Assembly: GCA_010015585.1 (NCBI GenBank)
Contig: ML975157.1
DNA from: Eremomyces bilateralis CBS 781.70
Taxonomy: Eukaryota
Length of the DNA: 64,000 nucleotides
Strand: one strand, 5' to 3'
Every line of letters begins with the position of its first letter. The first letter of the stretch is position 1. The notes under the pieces were generated by a model. It saw only the letters and a list, made by a program, of their open reading frames with translations, did not search any database and was not told the DNA's origin. The translations under genes and the position numbers were made by a program. Of this stretch, positions 50,601-64,000 are shown one piece after another.

Positions 50601-53600
50601 ATGAATACCCTTGTTTTCGGTGACCAAACAGCAGACCAATATCCGCTCCTGCGGAAGGTCACCACCCGGAAGGACAATGCTCTCCTCGCTACTTTCCTCG
50701 AGCGAGCTGCGGTAGCTCTTCGAGAGGAAATCCAGCGGCTTCCACGTAGTCAACGTGAGGAATTTCCCGATTTTCTCACAATGAACCAGCTAGTGGAAGC
50801 ATACTACGAGAAGGGTGTGCGACTTCCTCAGATTGAGAGTTGTTTCGTTACCGTTGCTCAACTTGCGCATTTCATCGGGTAAGTACAACCTAAAATGACC
50901 TAGCTGGGACAACTTCTCACAACAGTTTAGTTATTACGGAGAGAACCCGTCTGAACTGCCTAATGCCTCGAACACCCGAATCCTAGGTCTCTGTACAGGT
51001 CTCCTGGCTGGATCGGCTGTTGCTTGCTCGCGTTCACTCTCCGATCTTTTGCCGCTATCAGTTCAAGTCTTGCGAATTTCCTTCCGCGTTGGCACCCTGG
51101 TTGCGGTTGCGAAATCCGCTTTGACAGACTCCAATGAAAGCTGGTCCACGATCGTGACTGGCACAAGCCACGAAACCGCTCAAAAAGCCTTGGATAAATT
51201 CCATGCCGAGAACAGCATACCAAACTCCAGCCGAGCGTACATATCGGCGATCAGTGTCATGGCCTTGACTATAAGCGGACCGCCTGCGACAACCCAGCGA
51301 ATCTTCAAAGAATCTGAGGCTTTGAACAAAAACCATCGAGTTGGAATCCCTATTTTCGCACCGTATCATGCACCGCACCTCTACAGTGATGCAGAACGAG
51401 CGAATATCCTTGGAACTGACTCCTTTCAGCTCAAGCAGTTCATCCCAAACTGCTTGATCCACTCTGCTGCCACTGGAAAATGTCATTCAGCGGCCAATGC
51501 CCTTGAGCTGGTTCATATTGCGTTGGAAGAGATTCTTCAGAAGCCAGTTCGATGGGACTACCTTCTCGAGGACATGGTTTCTCAAATTACAATGTTCCCT
51601 AAGTCAGAAGCGACCATCCATGCCATTGGCATCACCAATATCGCCAACAGCTTGCTCTCGGGCTTGAAAGCTGGTGGACAAACCCACGTTTCCGTCCGAG
51701 ACCACGCTTCCTGGGTAGAGAACGACAAGCACACCGGGCGCACACAGAACGACAAGATTGCCATTGTCGGCATGTCGGGTCGTTTTCCCAATGCTGCGGA
51801 TCACGAAGCGCTCTGGGATCTTTTGATGAAAGGATTGGATGTTCATCGAGAGATTCCTAAAGATCGATTTGATGCCAAGGCTCACTGCGACCCGTCTGGC
51901 AAAGGGAAGAACAAATCGCATACACCTTACGGCTGTTTTATTGATGAACCTGGTCTTTTTGACCCTCGTTTCTTCAACATGTCTCCCCGCGAGGCAGCGC
52001 AGACAGACCCTATGGGTCGGTTGGCTTTGGTCACCGCCTATGAGGCCCTCGAGATGTCGGGATGTGTTCCTAACCGAACGCCATCGACGAAGCTACACCG
52101 GATTGGCACGTTTTATGGTCAAACAAGTGATGACTGGCGTGAAATTAACGCGGCCGAAAATGTCGACACCTACTTTATCACGGGCGGGGTGCGAGCATTC
52201 GCCACAGGGCGAATCAACTACTATTTCAAGTTCAGCGGTCCGTCATTTTCCATTGACACCGCATGCTCTTCCAGCTTGGCCGCTATTCAACTCGCCTGTA
52301 CTTCGCTCTGGGCTGGGGACTGTGATACTGCATGTGCTGGCGGTCTGAATGTCCTTACCAATCCGGACATTTTCGCCGGCCTTTCCAAGGGTCAGTTCCT
52401 GTCCAAGACAGGGTCCTGCAAAACGTACGACAACGATGCAGATGGCTATTGCCGTGGAGATGGCTGCGGGACCGTCATTCTCAAGCGATACGAGGATGCT
52501 ATCGCCGACAACGACAACATCCTTGGATGCATCCTCGGTGCTTCGACGAACCACTCTGCTGAGGCTATCTCGATCACCCATCCTCACGCTGGTGCGCAGG
52601 AGTTCTTGTATAAGAAGGTCCTTGCCGAAGCTGGCGTTGATCCGCATGACATCTCTTATGTGGAGATGCACGGCACCGGAACTCAAGCTGGTGACGGAAT
52701 TGAGATGACTTCTGTTACCAATTCCTTCGCCCCATGCCACCGCCGGAGACGTCCGGAACAAACTCTGCATCTCGGCGCGATCAAGGCGAACGTTGGCCAT
52801 GCTGAGGCTGCATCGGGGATCAATTCGTTGATCAAGGTTATGCTAATGATGCAAAAGAACGCCATCCCGGCCAATGTGGGAATCAAGGGTGAAATCAACA
52901 AGACCTTCCCCAAAGACCTCTCCGAACGGAATGTCCACATCTCACAATCAAAGGTTGCCTGGCCACGCAAAGGCGCAGAGAAGCGTCGGGCGTTCCTGAA
53001 CAACTTCAGTGCAGCGGGTGGTAACACTGCCATTGTACTCGAAGATGGCCCCCTTCGCGAGGCTCCAAAGGGCGTGGATCCCCGAGGCACACATCTCATC
53101 TCAGTTTCTGCTCGATCTATTGCATCATTGAAGAGGAATCTCAACAATTTGATGAATTGGCTCCGCGAGAACCCTAGTACGACTCTACCTAGCCTTGCTT
53201 ACACCACTACTGCTCGCCGCATTCAGCACAACTACCGCATTGCATTCACCGCGTCCGATATGAGCCAAGTTAGCGAAGGTCTCGGGGGCCAACTCAAAGA
53301 CACGTACAGCCCGATCGCCATGGTACCGACCGAAGTTGCTTTCACCTTCACTGGTCAGGGTTCTCAATATACTGCCCTCGCGAAGAAGCTGTTTGAGGAA
53401 CTCAGTTCCTTCCGTGCGGACATTGAACAACTTGACAAGCTTGCTCGCATTCAGGGTCTGCCCTCTTTCATACCTATACTCGACGGTACGGATGTCGCGA
53501 CACTGTCCCCAGTGGTGGTCCAATTGGGCCTTGCTTGTATACAAGTTGCCCTGGCTCGCATGTGGGCTTCTTGGGGCGTCAAGCCTGTTGCTGTTATTGG

Positions 53601-56600
53601 CCACAGCCTCGGCGAATATGCCGCGCTCCACGTCGCCGGTGTACTCTCAGCTAGCGACATGATCCTGCTTGTTGGGCGTCGTGCCGAGATTTTGGTCGCC
53701 AACTGTACCGAATATACTCATGGAATGCTTGCTGTGAAGGCAAGTGTTGAGACTCTTTCGTCAGTCCTGGGTTCGAAGATGACCGAAGTCGCCTGTGTCA
53801 ACAGCCCCGAGGAGACCGTTCTGTGCGGTAGCACGGACGTCATTGCCTCAACCGCTGATATTGTTGCTGCTCAAGGGTTCAAGGCGACGAAGCTTAACGT
53901 TCCTTTCGCTTTCCACTCCGCGCAAGTCGGCCCAATCATGGATTCGTTCAAGTCTGCTGCCGCCTCCGTCGTCTTTAACAAACCTTCTGTACCCGTGCTG
54001 TCTCCTCTCACCGGTGAGGTGATTAGGGAGCAAGGGGTCATTGGGCCAAACTATCTTGCACGCCATGCTCGTGAGACTGTCAATTTCTGGACTGCTCTCA
54101 CTGCCGGGCAAGAGAGCAAGGCCTTCAACGAGAAAACCACCTGGCTTGAAATTGGTGCACACCCGGTTACCTCTGCTATGGTTAAATCGTCCTTGCTCAG
54201 CCCCCCAACCACTGCATATTCATTGCGCCGCAATGAGGACCCTTGGAAGAGTCTCACCAGCAATATCTCCACGTTGTACCTTGCTGGTGTGGCTTTTGAC
54301 TTCAATGAGTATCACCGCGAGTTCAATGACGCCCATGAGCTATATGTTCTCCCAACCTACTCGTTCGATAACAAGACCTACTGGCTCGACTATCATCACA
54401 ACTGGACTCTCACTAAAGGCGAAGCGCCTTTCGTGCCAGCTCAGCAAATTGAGGCTCCGAAGGTCGAGCAAAAACCGAAGCTCTCTACCACATCACTTCA
54501 AAAGATTGTCAATGAGGAATTCCACGCCAACTCGGGGACTGTCATTTTCCAGTCTGACATGCACGAACCCACATTCAAGAAAGCCGTGGAGGGTCATATC
54601 ATCAATGGCGTTCCCCTTTGCCCGTCATCCATCTATGCTGACATGGCATTCACCGCTGCGGACTACTTGTACAAGCAGCTTCGACCCGGTGCTTCTGATG
54701 TTGGACTCAACTGCTGCTCTATGGAAGTCCACAAACCGCTTATGCCATTGGATCCCGTACCTGATGCGGGCCAACATCTTCAACTTGTGGCTAAAGCTGA
54801 CCTGGAGGTTGGCGAGGTCCATTTGACCTACCGCAGCACTGATGCCAATGGCAAACTCATATTGGAACATGGTCATGGTCTTGTGAAGTACGAAAACAAG
54901 GAAACGTGGCGTGAAGAATGGCTCCGCGTACAGTTCATGGTCCAGACTCAGATCGACCTCCTCAAATCGAAACTTGCGTCCGGAAATGCCCATAAGATTC
55001 TTCGTGGCATGGCCTATAAACTATTTGCATCGATGTGCAAATACGAGAAACCATATCAAGGCATGGAAGAAGTCATCCTTGATGCGCACAACACCGAGGC
55101 AACCGCCAAGGTCCGATTCCAGAACACGAAAGAGGATGGAGACTTCTTCTGTGCACCTTTCTGGATTGACTCTCTCTGCCATCTCTCTGGCTTCATCGTG
55201 AACGGTTCCGACCTCTGCAACCCAGATAGCGGCTTCATCTCTCACGGTTGGAGCAACATGCGATTCAGTAAGCCTTTTTCCCTTGATGGTGTCTACCAGT
55301 CGTACGTCCGCCTGCTTCCTGGACCCCGGAAGACCATGGTCGGGGACGTCTATATTCTGGAGGGCGATGAAATCATTGCTGTGACCACCGGACTCAAATT
55401 CCAAGAGATTCCTCGAAAGGCGCTGGCTATCATGCTGCCATCAAAAGAGGCTGTTAGGAAGATGATGACTCAAGGCGGTGGATCGGTGCCTGCCAAATCT
55501 GCTCCCGCTACCGAAAAAGCACCCGTGAAGACTCTATCTGCATCCGTCAGAGCTATACCCGCACCAAGGCCCAAGGTCGAAAACAAAGTCGCGCAGAAGA
55601 GGCCTTCCGGTGGCAACACTATTACAGCTCGTGTCATGAAGATTATTGCCGCGGAGACGGACGTTGACATGTCGGAACTTGTTGATGAAGCTGCTTTCGA
55701 TAACCTTGGTGTGGACTCCTTGATGTCCCTCACCATCTCTGCCAAGTTTAGGGAGGACCTCGATCTCGAGATCAGCTCAGCCCTCTTCACTGACTACCCC
55801 ACCGTTGGTGCCATGAAGAAGTTCTTCGGCCAGTACGATGGTGATGCTCCCCTCATCGAATCCGACGACTCAGATATCTCTGAACAGGATGCCATTACAC
55901 CATTCGAAGGCGAGGGCGATGGAACCAGTACTCCAGCCAGTTCCGCTCCCAGCTTTGAGGCAACAGCAAAGTCTGCTGTGGAAGTGTCTGTCATTAGGAC
56001 GCACGAGGTCTCAAACGGAGCTCCCAGCATTGCGCGCCAGACAGTTGCGGAAGAAATGGGTGTCACCGTTTCGGAGATAACCGATACTGCCGACCTCGCT
56101 GAGCTGGGCATGGATTCTCTCATGAGCTTGACTATCCTCGGCTCTCTTCGTGAGAAGACGGGTGTCGATCTTCCATCAACCTTCCTCACCACTAATCCCA
56201 CCATTGAGGACATCGAGAACGCGCTTGGGATGCGGCCGAAACCGAAGGGGACTATCAAAATGCAAGCCAAAGTTGAAGCCAAGCCTCCGAATGCTGCACC
56301 CACCTCTCCCCAGCTAGCTGAGGTGAACCGTAAATTGCACGCCAATTCCTACGATGTGTCGAAATTCCCTCCCGCTACTTCTGTCCTCCTCCAAGGTAAC
56401 GCCAAGATTGCAACTAAGAAGCTCTTCCTCTTCCCTGACGGCTCGGGGTCTGCAACGTCGTACATCAGTATCCCGAACATCTCTCCCGATGTCGCTGTCT
56501 TTGGCCTCAACTGTCCCTTCATGAAAACCCCAGCTCAGTTCACCTGCGGAATTGAGGGCGTGTCAGCCATATATCTTGCGGAGGTGCGTCGCCGCCAACC

Positions 56601-57215
56601 CAGTGGCCCTTACTTTATCGGCGGCTGGTCTGCCGGGGGCGTGGTTGCGTACGAGGTCGCCCTGCAACTGATGGCGGCGGGCGAGAAGGTAGAGCGCCTA
56701 ATACTACTTGATTCGCCTTGTCCAGTCAAACTCGAGCCTCTTCCCGCACGCTTGCATCATTTCTTCGAGAGCATTGGACTGCTGGGAACCGGCAAAGCAG
56801 GTGGCACTCCAGGCTGGCTACTACCGCACTTTGAATCTTGTATCAAGGCACTGTCAGCTTATGAACCGGCGCCGATGCCGAAAGGAATCGCGCCGTCTAC
56901 CCTTGCCATCTGGGCTACTGATGGAGTGTGTGGGAAGCCTGGTGATCCAAGACCACCGCCGGCCGAGGGAGAGGATCCCAAACCGATGAAGTGGTTACTG
57001 GACAATCGAACTGATTTTGGTGACAATGGATGGGCACAACTATTGGGCGATGAGGCCTTAACTTTCCGGGTGATGGGAGGAAACCACTTCACGATGATGC
57101 GAGATGAGCATGTGAGTTTCAGCTTCCGAGAGACCGATCTTGAGCATTTTCTAACAATACATAGGGCAACACCCTTTGCAAGCTAATCAAAGAAGGAATG
57201 GGCCTGACAGACTAA
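50601..57215 (+). CDS. PKS1: non-reducing iterative type I polyketide synthase for DHN melanin (SAT-KS-AT-PT-ACP-ACP-TE)
   Basis: LVFGDQT and GLCTG (SAT), DTACSSS and EMHGTGT (KS), GHSLGEY (AT), GHIINGVPLCPSS (PT), LGVDSL and LGMDSL (two ACPs), FPDGSGSATSY and GWSAGG (TE). Introns 50879-50930 and 57112-57164. Clustered with CMR1 and THR1. Confidence 0.95.
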
Positions 57216-59334
57216 ATTGGCTGTTACCAGTTGCTTCGCAGTTTGGCCTTTGAAAAGTGCCCAATTTGGTGTTTCATATCAACACTGGCGTGCCTTTTGT
57301 TCCTTACTCTCCAAGTGCTCTGGACGCCTTTCTCTTCTGATTTCATTCATAGAAGCGGATTTGGATATAGCGGGGTTGGGTGTTGGGCTTCACTTGTGTC
57401 TGTCTTTGAGTCACTGCCCACGCCAGCGTCCGACGTCACGACTTTCCTAAGTTGTATATACGATCTGTTTCCAGATACTAAACAATTTCACTTTTACGTA
57501 GACTACGAATTACGTGACCGTGATACCCATTGATCACATGGGTCAAAGTGAAGGGATTGGTTCCGCTGTAGGACCACCTTATGGAATCCAAGGGATCGAT
57601 ACTGGCGATTTCTGGGTATCACAGATGGCACTTTCAATACGCTGCGCCAGACTCGGTACCCCTACTACACGCCACGGATCCGCTGCAAGCCTTTGATGAT
57701 ATGCATGTCTTGCTTTCGTAGCTCTCTGCCTTTGCTTCGGGTCAGGGAAACAGAATCAGGACGACCGGTGCGGATCCCGGATAAGCGATTATACAACATG
57801 AAGGTAGGACCTGGGGTAGATGTTGCGTTTCGTCCGGGACTCTAGTCGTGCGTACTATTCGACTCTGAGGTGACGGGAGGCGGTGACGTGCTTTCGATGA
57901 AGCACTGCCGCTACGGATGGGCATCTGGCACCAGCGACGGAGCATCGTCCGACGACGGGTCGTCCTGCCGCCTCCTGTGCTCCAGCCTTCTTATCGACGC
58001 ACACAAGGACGTTCTAGATTCATAGTGATACTAACCCTGCGTAGGAGCATGCAAGACCACCCAGTCCGCAGATGCGCGCCCCGGCGACGATTACTTGCAG
58101 ACACTGACACCTGCGGGTGCGCGGGAATCTCTCCCGTTTCCGAAGTCCGATGCATTCTCCGGGGGTCCATTGTCCAGGCGGCCGGGAGGGAATCATGGGT
58201 GGTGGGACGGCATCCACGTAGGGGTTGGACAGACATATACGAGCCAGTTTGGGCAAGATGCGAGATTTTTTACACTCCGGGGGTTCAACCACTGTCACCC
58301 CGAAAACTAATCATCGTGATACTGACTTGGGAGCGGAAGATGCGGTTGGCCGACCAGGCCCCAGGTCAGGCTCCAACGCGTCCACTCAAGTTCGGACATG
58401 TTTCTTCAATATCGAGTGGAGTTGGAGTTGTATCTTGGATGTTCTCTCCATAAAGGCCCGATGTATCATCCCTCTTCTTTTTTCTACATCTCTCCGTCTT
58501 GAATTTGCAACGATATTTAAGGTGGCTCGGTTAGGAGCGGAAATGGTATGAAAATAGGTAGAAATTTGTGATATCTAGCGCGTTTATGCCATGGAACTTG
58601 GATATTCAGCCTCTGGTATTACGTTGGCTCAATATGACAATATAGAACTCGAACAACGACTGTAGTATTATGCCTTGCCTTCCGCTCTACACCTGACGGC
58701 CGTCTGATCGTGTTCAACTCATCGCAGTCACCGTGAACATGGAATATCAACACCATGAGAATACGCAGTCCGCACTGCTTCCGAGCCTGGCTAGTTACTA
58801 TCGAACCACCGTCTCAGTATCTACAAATCAAACGACTCCACCGATGCCCTCCGCTCGCATGCATGCAGTATGTGAATAAACCGCCATATCGAATCCCTCC
58901 GGAACCCATCTCCTCGATCCGTTTTCCAACGCCAGCCGCACCATCGACAATTGCGTGGCCACCGAAGAAGCAGCGTCGAGCCCGTCATGTCGTGCACGTG
59001 ACCCAACTGTAGCTAGATCACTCCCGAGATGCGGTCGTTCGTTCGTGAACGCAGACAATCGATGATCCAGAGCCGCCCCGTCATATCGCCGCGTGTCATG
59101 CAAATCGAGAAAAAATCCTAGAAGAGGCGGCCGTGATGCGATGTGGTGGGGGGTGACTTCATCATCCATGAGATCCACGAGTGAGACTTTTCCCTCTCCG
59201 ATGTGTGTGCGCCGAACTCCGTAAAGCAAGAAATGTGTGTCGTCTGATGTCAACGACGATGGAAGTCATCGTCGACTCGAAGAATCGACGAACTACGGTG
59301 CGTCGCATCATCCTATCCTCCTATTTTTAACCCC

Positions 59335-62300
59335 TCAACCCCTCCCACTCCTCGTCCCCCTCGTCACCAACTTTGCACTCTTCCCCACTGCCTTCACTTC
59401 CCCCTTCTTCCCCTTCGCTATTTTCTTCCCCCCCGGCTCCCCGTGCCGATGCCCCAACCTCTCCACCGCCGCCCCATTCCTCCACATCAAACACCGATGC
59501 CTCGTCGCCCCCAGGTCTGCATACGTCTTCGTCCTCGTGCTCACCCGCGTCGCACCGTCTTCGCTCGCCGCAGCGCGCTTGGCCGCTGCGGCGTCGCGGT
59601 GCGCGTGCATCGCGGTCATGCATTGCGCGATGCTAACGCGCCACGTGACGAGTTCCTTGCGCAGTGTCTTCTCGCGCAGGCCGCGGTCATCGAGCCAGTC
59701 GATGAGGGCCGCGAGGTCGGTGGGGGAGTCGAGGTAGCCCCAGTGGTTCGCGTCGGGGAGGCGGGTGGCGCCTTCTTCTTTGTCACGGCGCTGGGGGACG
59801 GTCATGCCGATGCGTTTCTTGTAGTCGGCCATGTCGGCGGGGGGGAGGTCGATGAAGCCGGCGAGCTCGGAGGCGTCGGGGCCTTGGATCCAGAGGCGGC
59901 CGTTTTTGTAGCCATACGGGCAGGACTCGTCGTCGGAGGGGGCGAAGGACATGCCGTTGCGCTCGAACCAGTAGTAGCGGTTCCAGAAGCGGTCGCGGCC
60001 GAGCTGTTTGGTGCGCTGGATGTTGGTTTCGCGGAGGTGGTCGTCTATGGTGGCGATCTGGTCTTCGCAGCCTTTGATGGCGGCGCGCTTGCCGTCGATT
60101 TGCTTCATGAGCTTGGCGAGCGCCGTGTCTTGTTTCGAGGACTTGGCGTCCGCCTTCGCCTTCTTTTCTTGCTCTTTGCGCGTGATTTCTTCTTCGCGCT
60201 TGCGCTTGCGCTCGTCGGCGCGTCGGAGCGTCCGTGTAGGCATCTCGTCTTCCGTCTCCTCGGAATCGGTGTCCTTTATTTCTGGGGGTGGTGATTTCTC
60301 CTCGTCCGCTGCACCGTTAACGGGCTTCGCGTCACCGTTGGTTTCCGCAGCCAAATTTTTCTCGACGATCTCCGTCTGTAGCGTTTTCCGCTTATCGTCA
60401 ACCTCCCGGAGCTCTTCCATGCTGCATCCATTAGCCCGACCCATCTCAACAGTTAATAATCACTTACAATACTTTCCGCTTCCGCTGGCAGTCGATCTTC
60501 TGCTTGCGGAACTCGGTCATCTGCTCGCTCATCTGCTCCATATACTCCCTGATCGGCTTCGTCCGCACCGCCAGCATCGTGATGGTCTCGAGCGCCTGGA
60601 TGCGTAGGTTAATATCCATCGTTGCGTAATGCTCGCGCGTGGTCTCCTGCGTCGGTTCTACATCCAAAGGAGCGAGGTACCGGAGGACCGGCTCGCAGTT
60701 CTTCTTCTCCCGCTCGTCGAGCGAGAGCTGCCAGAGCACGCCGATCATGATGACTTCCCAGCCGCCGGCGCGGAAGTCACGGGCCTTTAATCGCTCGATC
60801 CAGCCGTAGTTCTCTAGGAGTTCTGGGGCGCGGTGCGTGGGAGCGTTGGGGTCGGGCGTTGGGGTGCGGAGGGCTCGTAATCGCTCGATCTCCTGTTTCC
60901 TGAGACTGCCTCGTGTGGTCCGGACGGGGACAGGCTCCGGTTCCGGGCTTGGTTCATCAGACTCCTCGGATTCGGACTCGGACTCGTCCGACGATTCCTC
61001 GAACTGCGGGAGTTGGGCGAGCACGTGACCTTGTGGATTTACGAGGATGGACAGCACGGCGCAGTGGATCTCGACGAAGAGCTCGCAGTCCAATTCGTCA
61101 GACGAAAAATCCATCGCATCTAGAAAATCATCGATCGTGAACGAGTCTAGAGTGAAGACTTCTTTATGGACGTTGAGCGTATTCCAGATTTCCAGGAGTG
61201 GGCCGACAGAATTAGGCTGTAACTCGGTCCGCTCCTCATGTTCCGAGTCTGACGAGCTCATCTCCGCCGTCTCCGTCGTCAAGTACTTCAATTGCGGTCG
61301 CGCAACTACATCCTCCTTGGGTGTGATATCCAGGTCTTCAATCGGGTATTTGATAGGCGGAGGTGGCGGTGTCGGATTGCGTGGCGGTGTCGGCACACGC
61401 GGCGATCGTGGAGATTCGGGCTGGTAGATCGGGACTTGGATGGGTTGGTGGGCGTATTGGTTGCCGTAGAGTTGTTGGACGGGGACAGAGGGAGGTTCGA
61501 ACTGGGAGTAAGGGATGTGCAGCATGGCACCAGGGGGGGCTCCGTAGGCTTGGTAGGGGACGAATTGAGGTTGGCCGTGCATATGTGGCATAGGATGACC
61601 TTGGTGGAAGTGCTGTTGCGGATGCATATTCGGATTCGAAACGCTGCGGTGCTTGCTCTTCCCGCTATGGGTGGAGAAGTCCGGCGATCGGTCCTCTGGG
61701 GGGCCTTGGTAGATGGTGATGTGGTTCTGGATGCCCGCGCGCTTGCTGCCCAGCTTCCTCTCTCGCTCCGCGAATCGCATCGCTTGGATCTCCGACTGCG
61801 CCAGATGGGGAGGGATGTCGATGTTGATGCTGTACTCTCTGGCGATGCCCGGCTTAACGTTCCACGGAGCGCCGACCCACGACGCACGGCTCAGCGTCTG
61901 CTTCAGGAACGCGCGGAGCATGTTTTTGGTAAAGAACTTCTTGTCGCGCGTGAGGTTGGATCCGTCCAGGTATGTCTCCTTCGGGAGGTCGGGTCGGTTG
62001 GCGAGCACGCGGATGAAGTACCGGGATTGCGCCGGTCGTTCGACGCTGCCGTCCGGATTCGTCAATGCCGACATCGTAGTCTTCTCGCGCACCTGACCGA
62101 CGGTCCGGTCGCCGGAAGGGAGGAGGACAATCACGGTCTCGCCGGGGAAGAAGTCTTCCTTGAACTCATCATACGCCAGTGTCACTGCAAGGGTGTATTA
62201 GTCTTGCCATTACCCTAGAAAACCCATGTCAACCCACCTAAATCATCGATTCTGGAGATTGTCGAGAACTGGACCCGGCGCAGAACGGGCTCGCGAAGCG

Positions 62301-62827
62301 GCTCGGGGAAATTGTCGTCGACGATGCGTGTCTCTTCCATCTGTAGCACGGTCAGACGTGGGTGGCCATTTTGGGCGGGGCAACCGACCTCGCTCTCCAG
62401 CGCATCGAAGAAGCTGAGTCCGGAACGGCCGGTAATCTCGCAGGTGAATTTCTTCTATAATAATGGTTAGAGACATAATACAGTGAAAAAGAGGGTATGG
62501 ACCACGCGTACTTGGAGGTAGAAATCGCGCCTGGAGGGGGATGTATTAGCCACTTTCTCTCTCCCACCACCTCATCGCATGCGAACGCACCTCTGTAGAT
62601 ATGCCTCATAATCACGAAAGATTTCCCCCGTCTGCTGAATAAAGAACACCTAACCACACATTAGCCCTCCATGCATCTCCACACCTGCTATGAGCTCCGC
62701 ACCTCGTCATTCTCTTTCAGCCGCTTGGGGTGCGGCACGTATTGCACCGGCTTCCTTTTGAATTGAACCTAGCGAACCCCATCAGCAACAGTCCTTCACC
62801 GCGTCCCGTCTGCACTTCGCTCACCAT
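59335..62827 (-). CDS. ITC1: ITC1-like ISW2 chromatin-remodelling subunit (WAC, DDT, WHIM domains)
   Basis: Spliced N-terminus M|VQFKRKPVQY...|VFFIQQTGEIFRDYEAYLQ|RRDFYLQ|KKFTCEITGRSGLSFFDALESE|...FPEPLREPVLRRVQFST (WAC). Also IKYPIEDL, LLEIWNTLNV...LDSFTIDDF (DDT), LGRDRFWNRYYWFE and WLDDRGLREKTL. Confidence 0.9.
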
Positions 62828-64000
62828 CCTCGCCTAGTCTCCCATACGACTCCCCAACAGCGAGCGAGCCTCCTGCAAGCCCGCCCCGCTGCTGAAGGAG
62901 CTTCTACGCGCACGATCCCGCGCGGTCTCGAATGCGACGCGTCCTCCTGGCGTGTCGCAAACGCCTTTATGTCGTGTCTCGATGTCTCTCGCCCGTCCGA
63001 ACCGGTCTGGGTAAGATTGCGTGGATGGCAACTCGTCCGGTTCGCGTGGTGGTCGGGTCGGGTCGAAGGTGGGCAAACGGCGGTCCGCAACGGGGCAATA
63101 TCAAACGCGTCTTTCCAATCTCGGTCGACGTGTCGCGGGGTGTTGGCGGAAATGGAGGGGTGGATGGTGGAAGATGTGCGGTCGACGGGGTGGAGGGATC
63201 GGGAGGTGGAAAGGTACGCCTGGGAAGATTGGAGAAGAGGAAGAGAAAATGGCGAGAGGAATGGTGTTGGGTCATGGGCGGCGGCTTGGGTGGTTCCAGG
63301 TGGATACGGTACAGGAATCATGGAGGTGCAAGGGTCTCCCTCGCATGGTGAATGACGAAAGTGAAGGAGAATGCTCGTTCACGTTCGCGATAAATCCTCA
63401 TAGCAGAATACAGCAACGGTCAAATCATATTAGTACATAGTTGGTATGCTTCTCATTCAGATGCAGCTATAATAAGGCGCATTCAATTAGGTTTAACGCA
63501 TTCAATTGCACATGAATATTATTACGTCCATCCGACCAAAGTACCAGGAACATCGGCACTAGTCGCTTTAGGAAAGGTGCTTCGCCTTAGTCATGCGGAG
63601 CCACAACGGTTAGGACAACCTCACCACTCCACCAAACCGCCAACCTGCCGGTGAGCTGTGAAGTGTGAACTGCCTGGGGCTGTTGAGCGGCCTTTGGTCG
63701 TGGGAAATGCCAACTGGAAACATCTACTGAAGCGCAAAAAGCAATCTTCTTACTGAAAGATTGGATGCATCCTTCAGATCATGGTATTATATGCAGGGAT
63801 CAGATCACATCAACTATCTGCTATGCCATCAAGTACAGCTCTTTTAACAGCAACCACCACGACTGGGACTCGGGTAGACAATTTCACTTCTATCCGTGAA
63901 CAACGCGAATCACATACGCAATGGGGAAATCATGTGTCACCCAAGTTTTGTCTCATTTAACTATCCATCCTAGTTTACAGATATGCTGATTGGAAACCTG

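Noticed and set aside
57700..59250. Several 80-180-aa ORFs between the PKS and the ITC1-like gene
   Set aside because: I could see no domain motifs, codon bias or consistent exon structure.
186..63440. Many overlapping or antisense ORFs in the ORF track (e.g. 296-925, 20660-21583, 54041-54826, 59443-60294, 61292-62218)
   Set aside because: They are shadows of GC3-rich real genes, often with GTG/TTG starts and no recognisable domains.

Overview
Eukaryotic, intron-containing DNA from a filamentous ascomycete. GT-AG introns with CTRAC-type branch points occur throughout, and the PKS/Cmr1/reductase clustering resembles Dothideomycetes (inference). Positions 1-22 kb hold housekeeping genes: CCT8 (partial), a NOSIP-like RING protein, a GatC-like amidotransferase subunit, an NmrA-like protein, a NAM8/NGR1-like 3xRRM protein, an Artemis/SNM1 nuclease, CSN7 and several hypothetical genes. 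Positions 22.7-34 kb form a zone of decayed genes: a near-intact RNA-dependent RNA polymerase with three in-frame stops and no frameshift, an unidentified multi-intron pseudogene, and HET-domain-like remnants. Positions 35-57 kb hold a DHN-melanin cluster: a Cmr1/Pig1-type transcription factor, a trihydroxynaphthalene reductase, a 10-exon laccase and a non-reducing PKS (SAT-KS-AT-PT-ACP-ACP-TE). Two non-autonomous DNA transposons sit in the divergent laccase/PKS intergenic region. An ITC1-like WAC/DDT chromatin-remodelling gene closes the window. All gene models were assembled by eye and no database searches were run.
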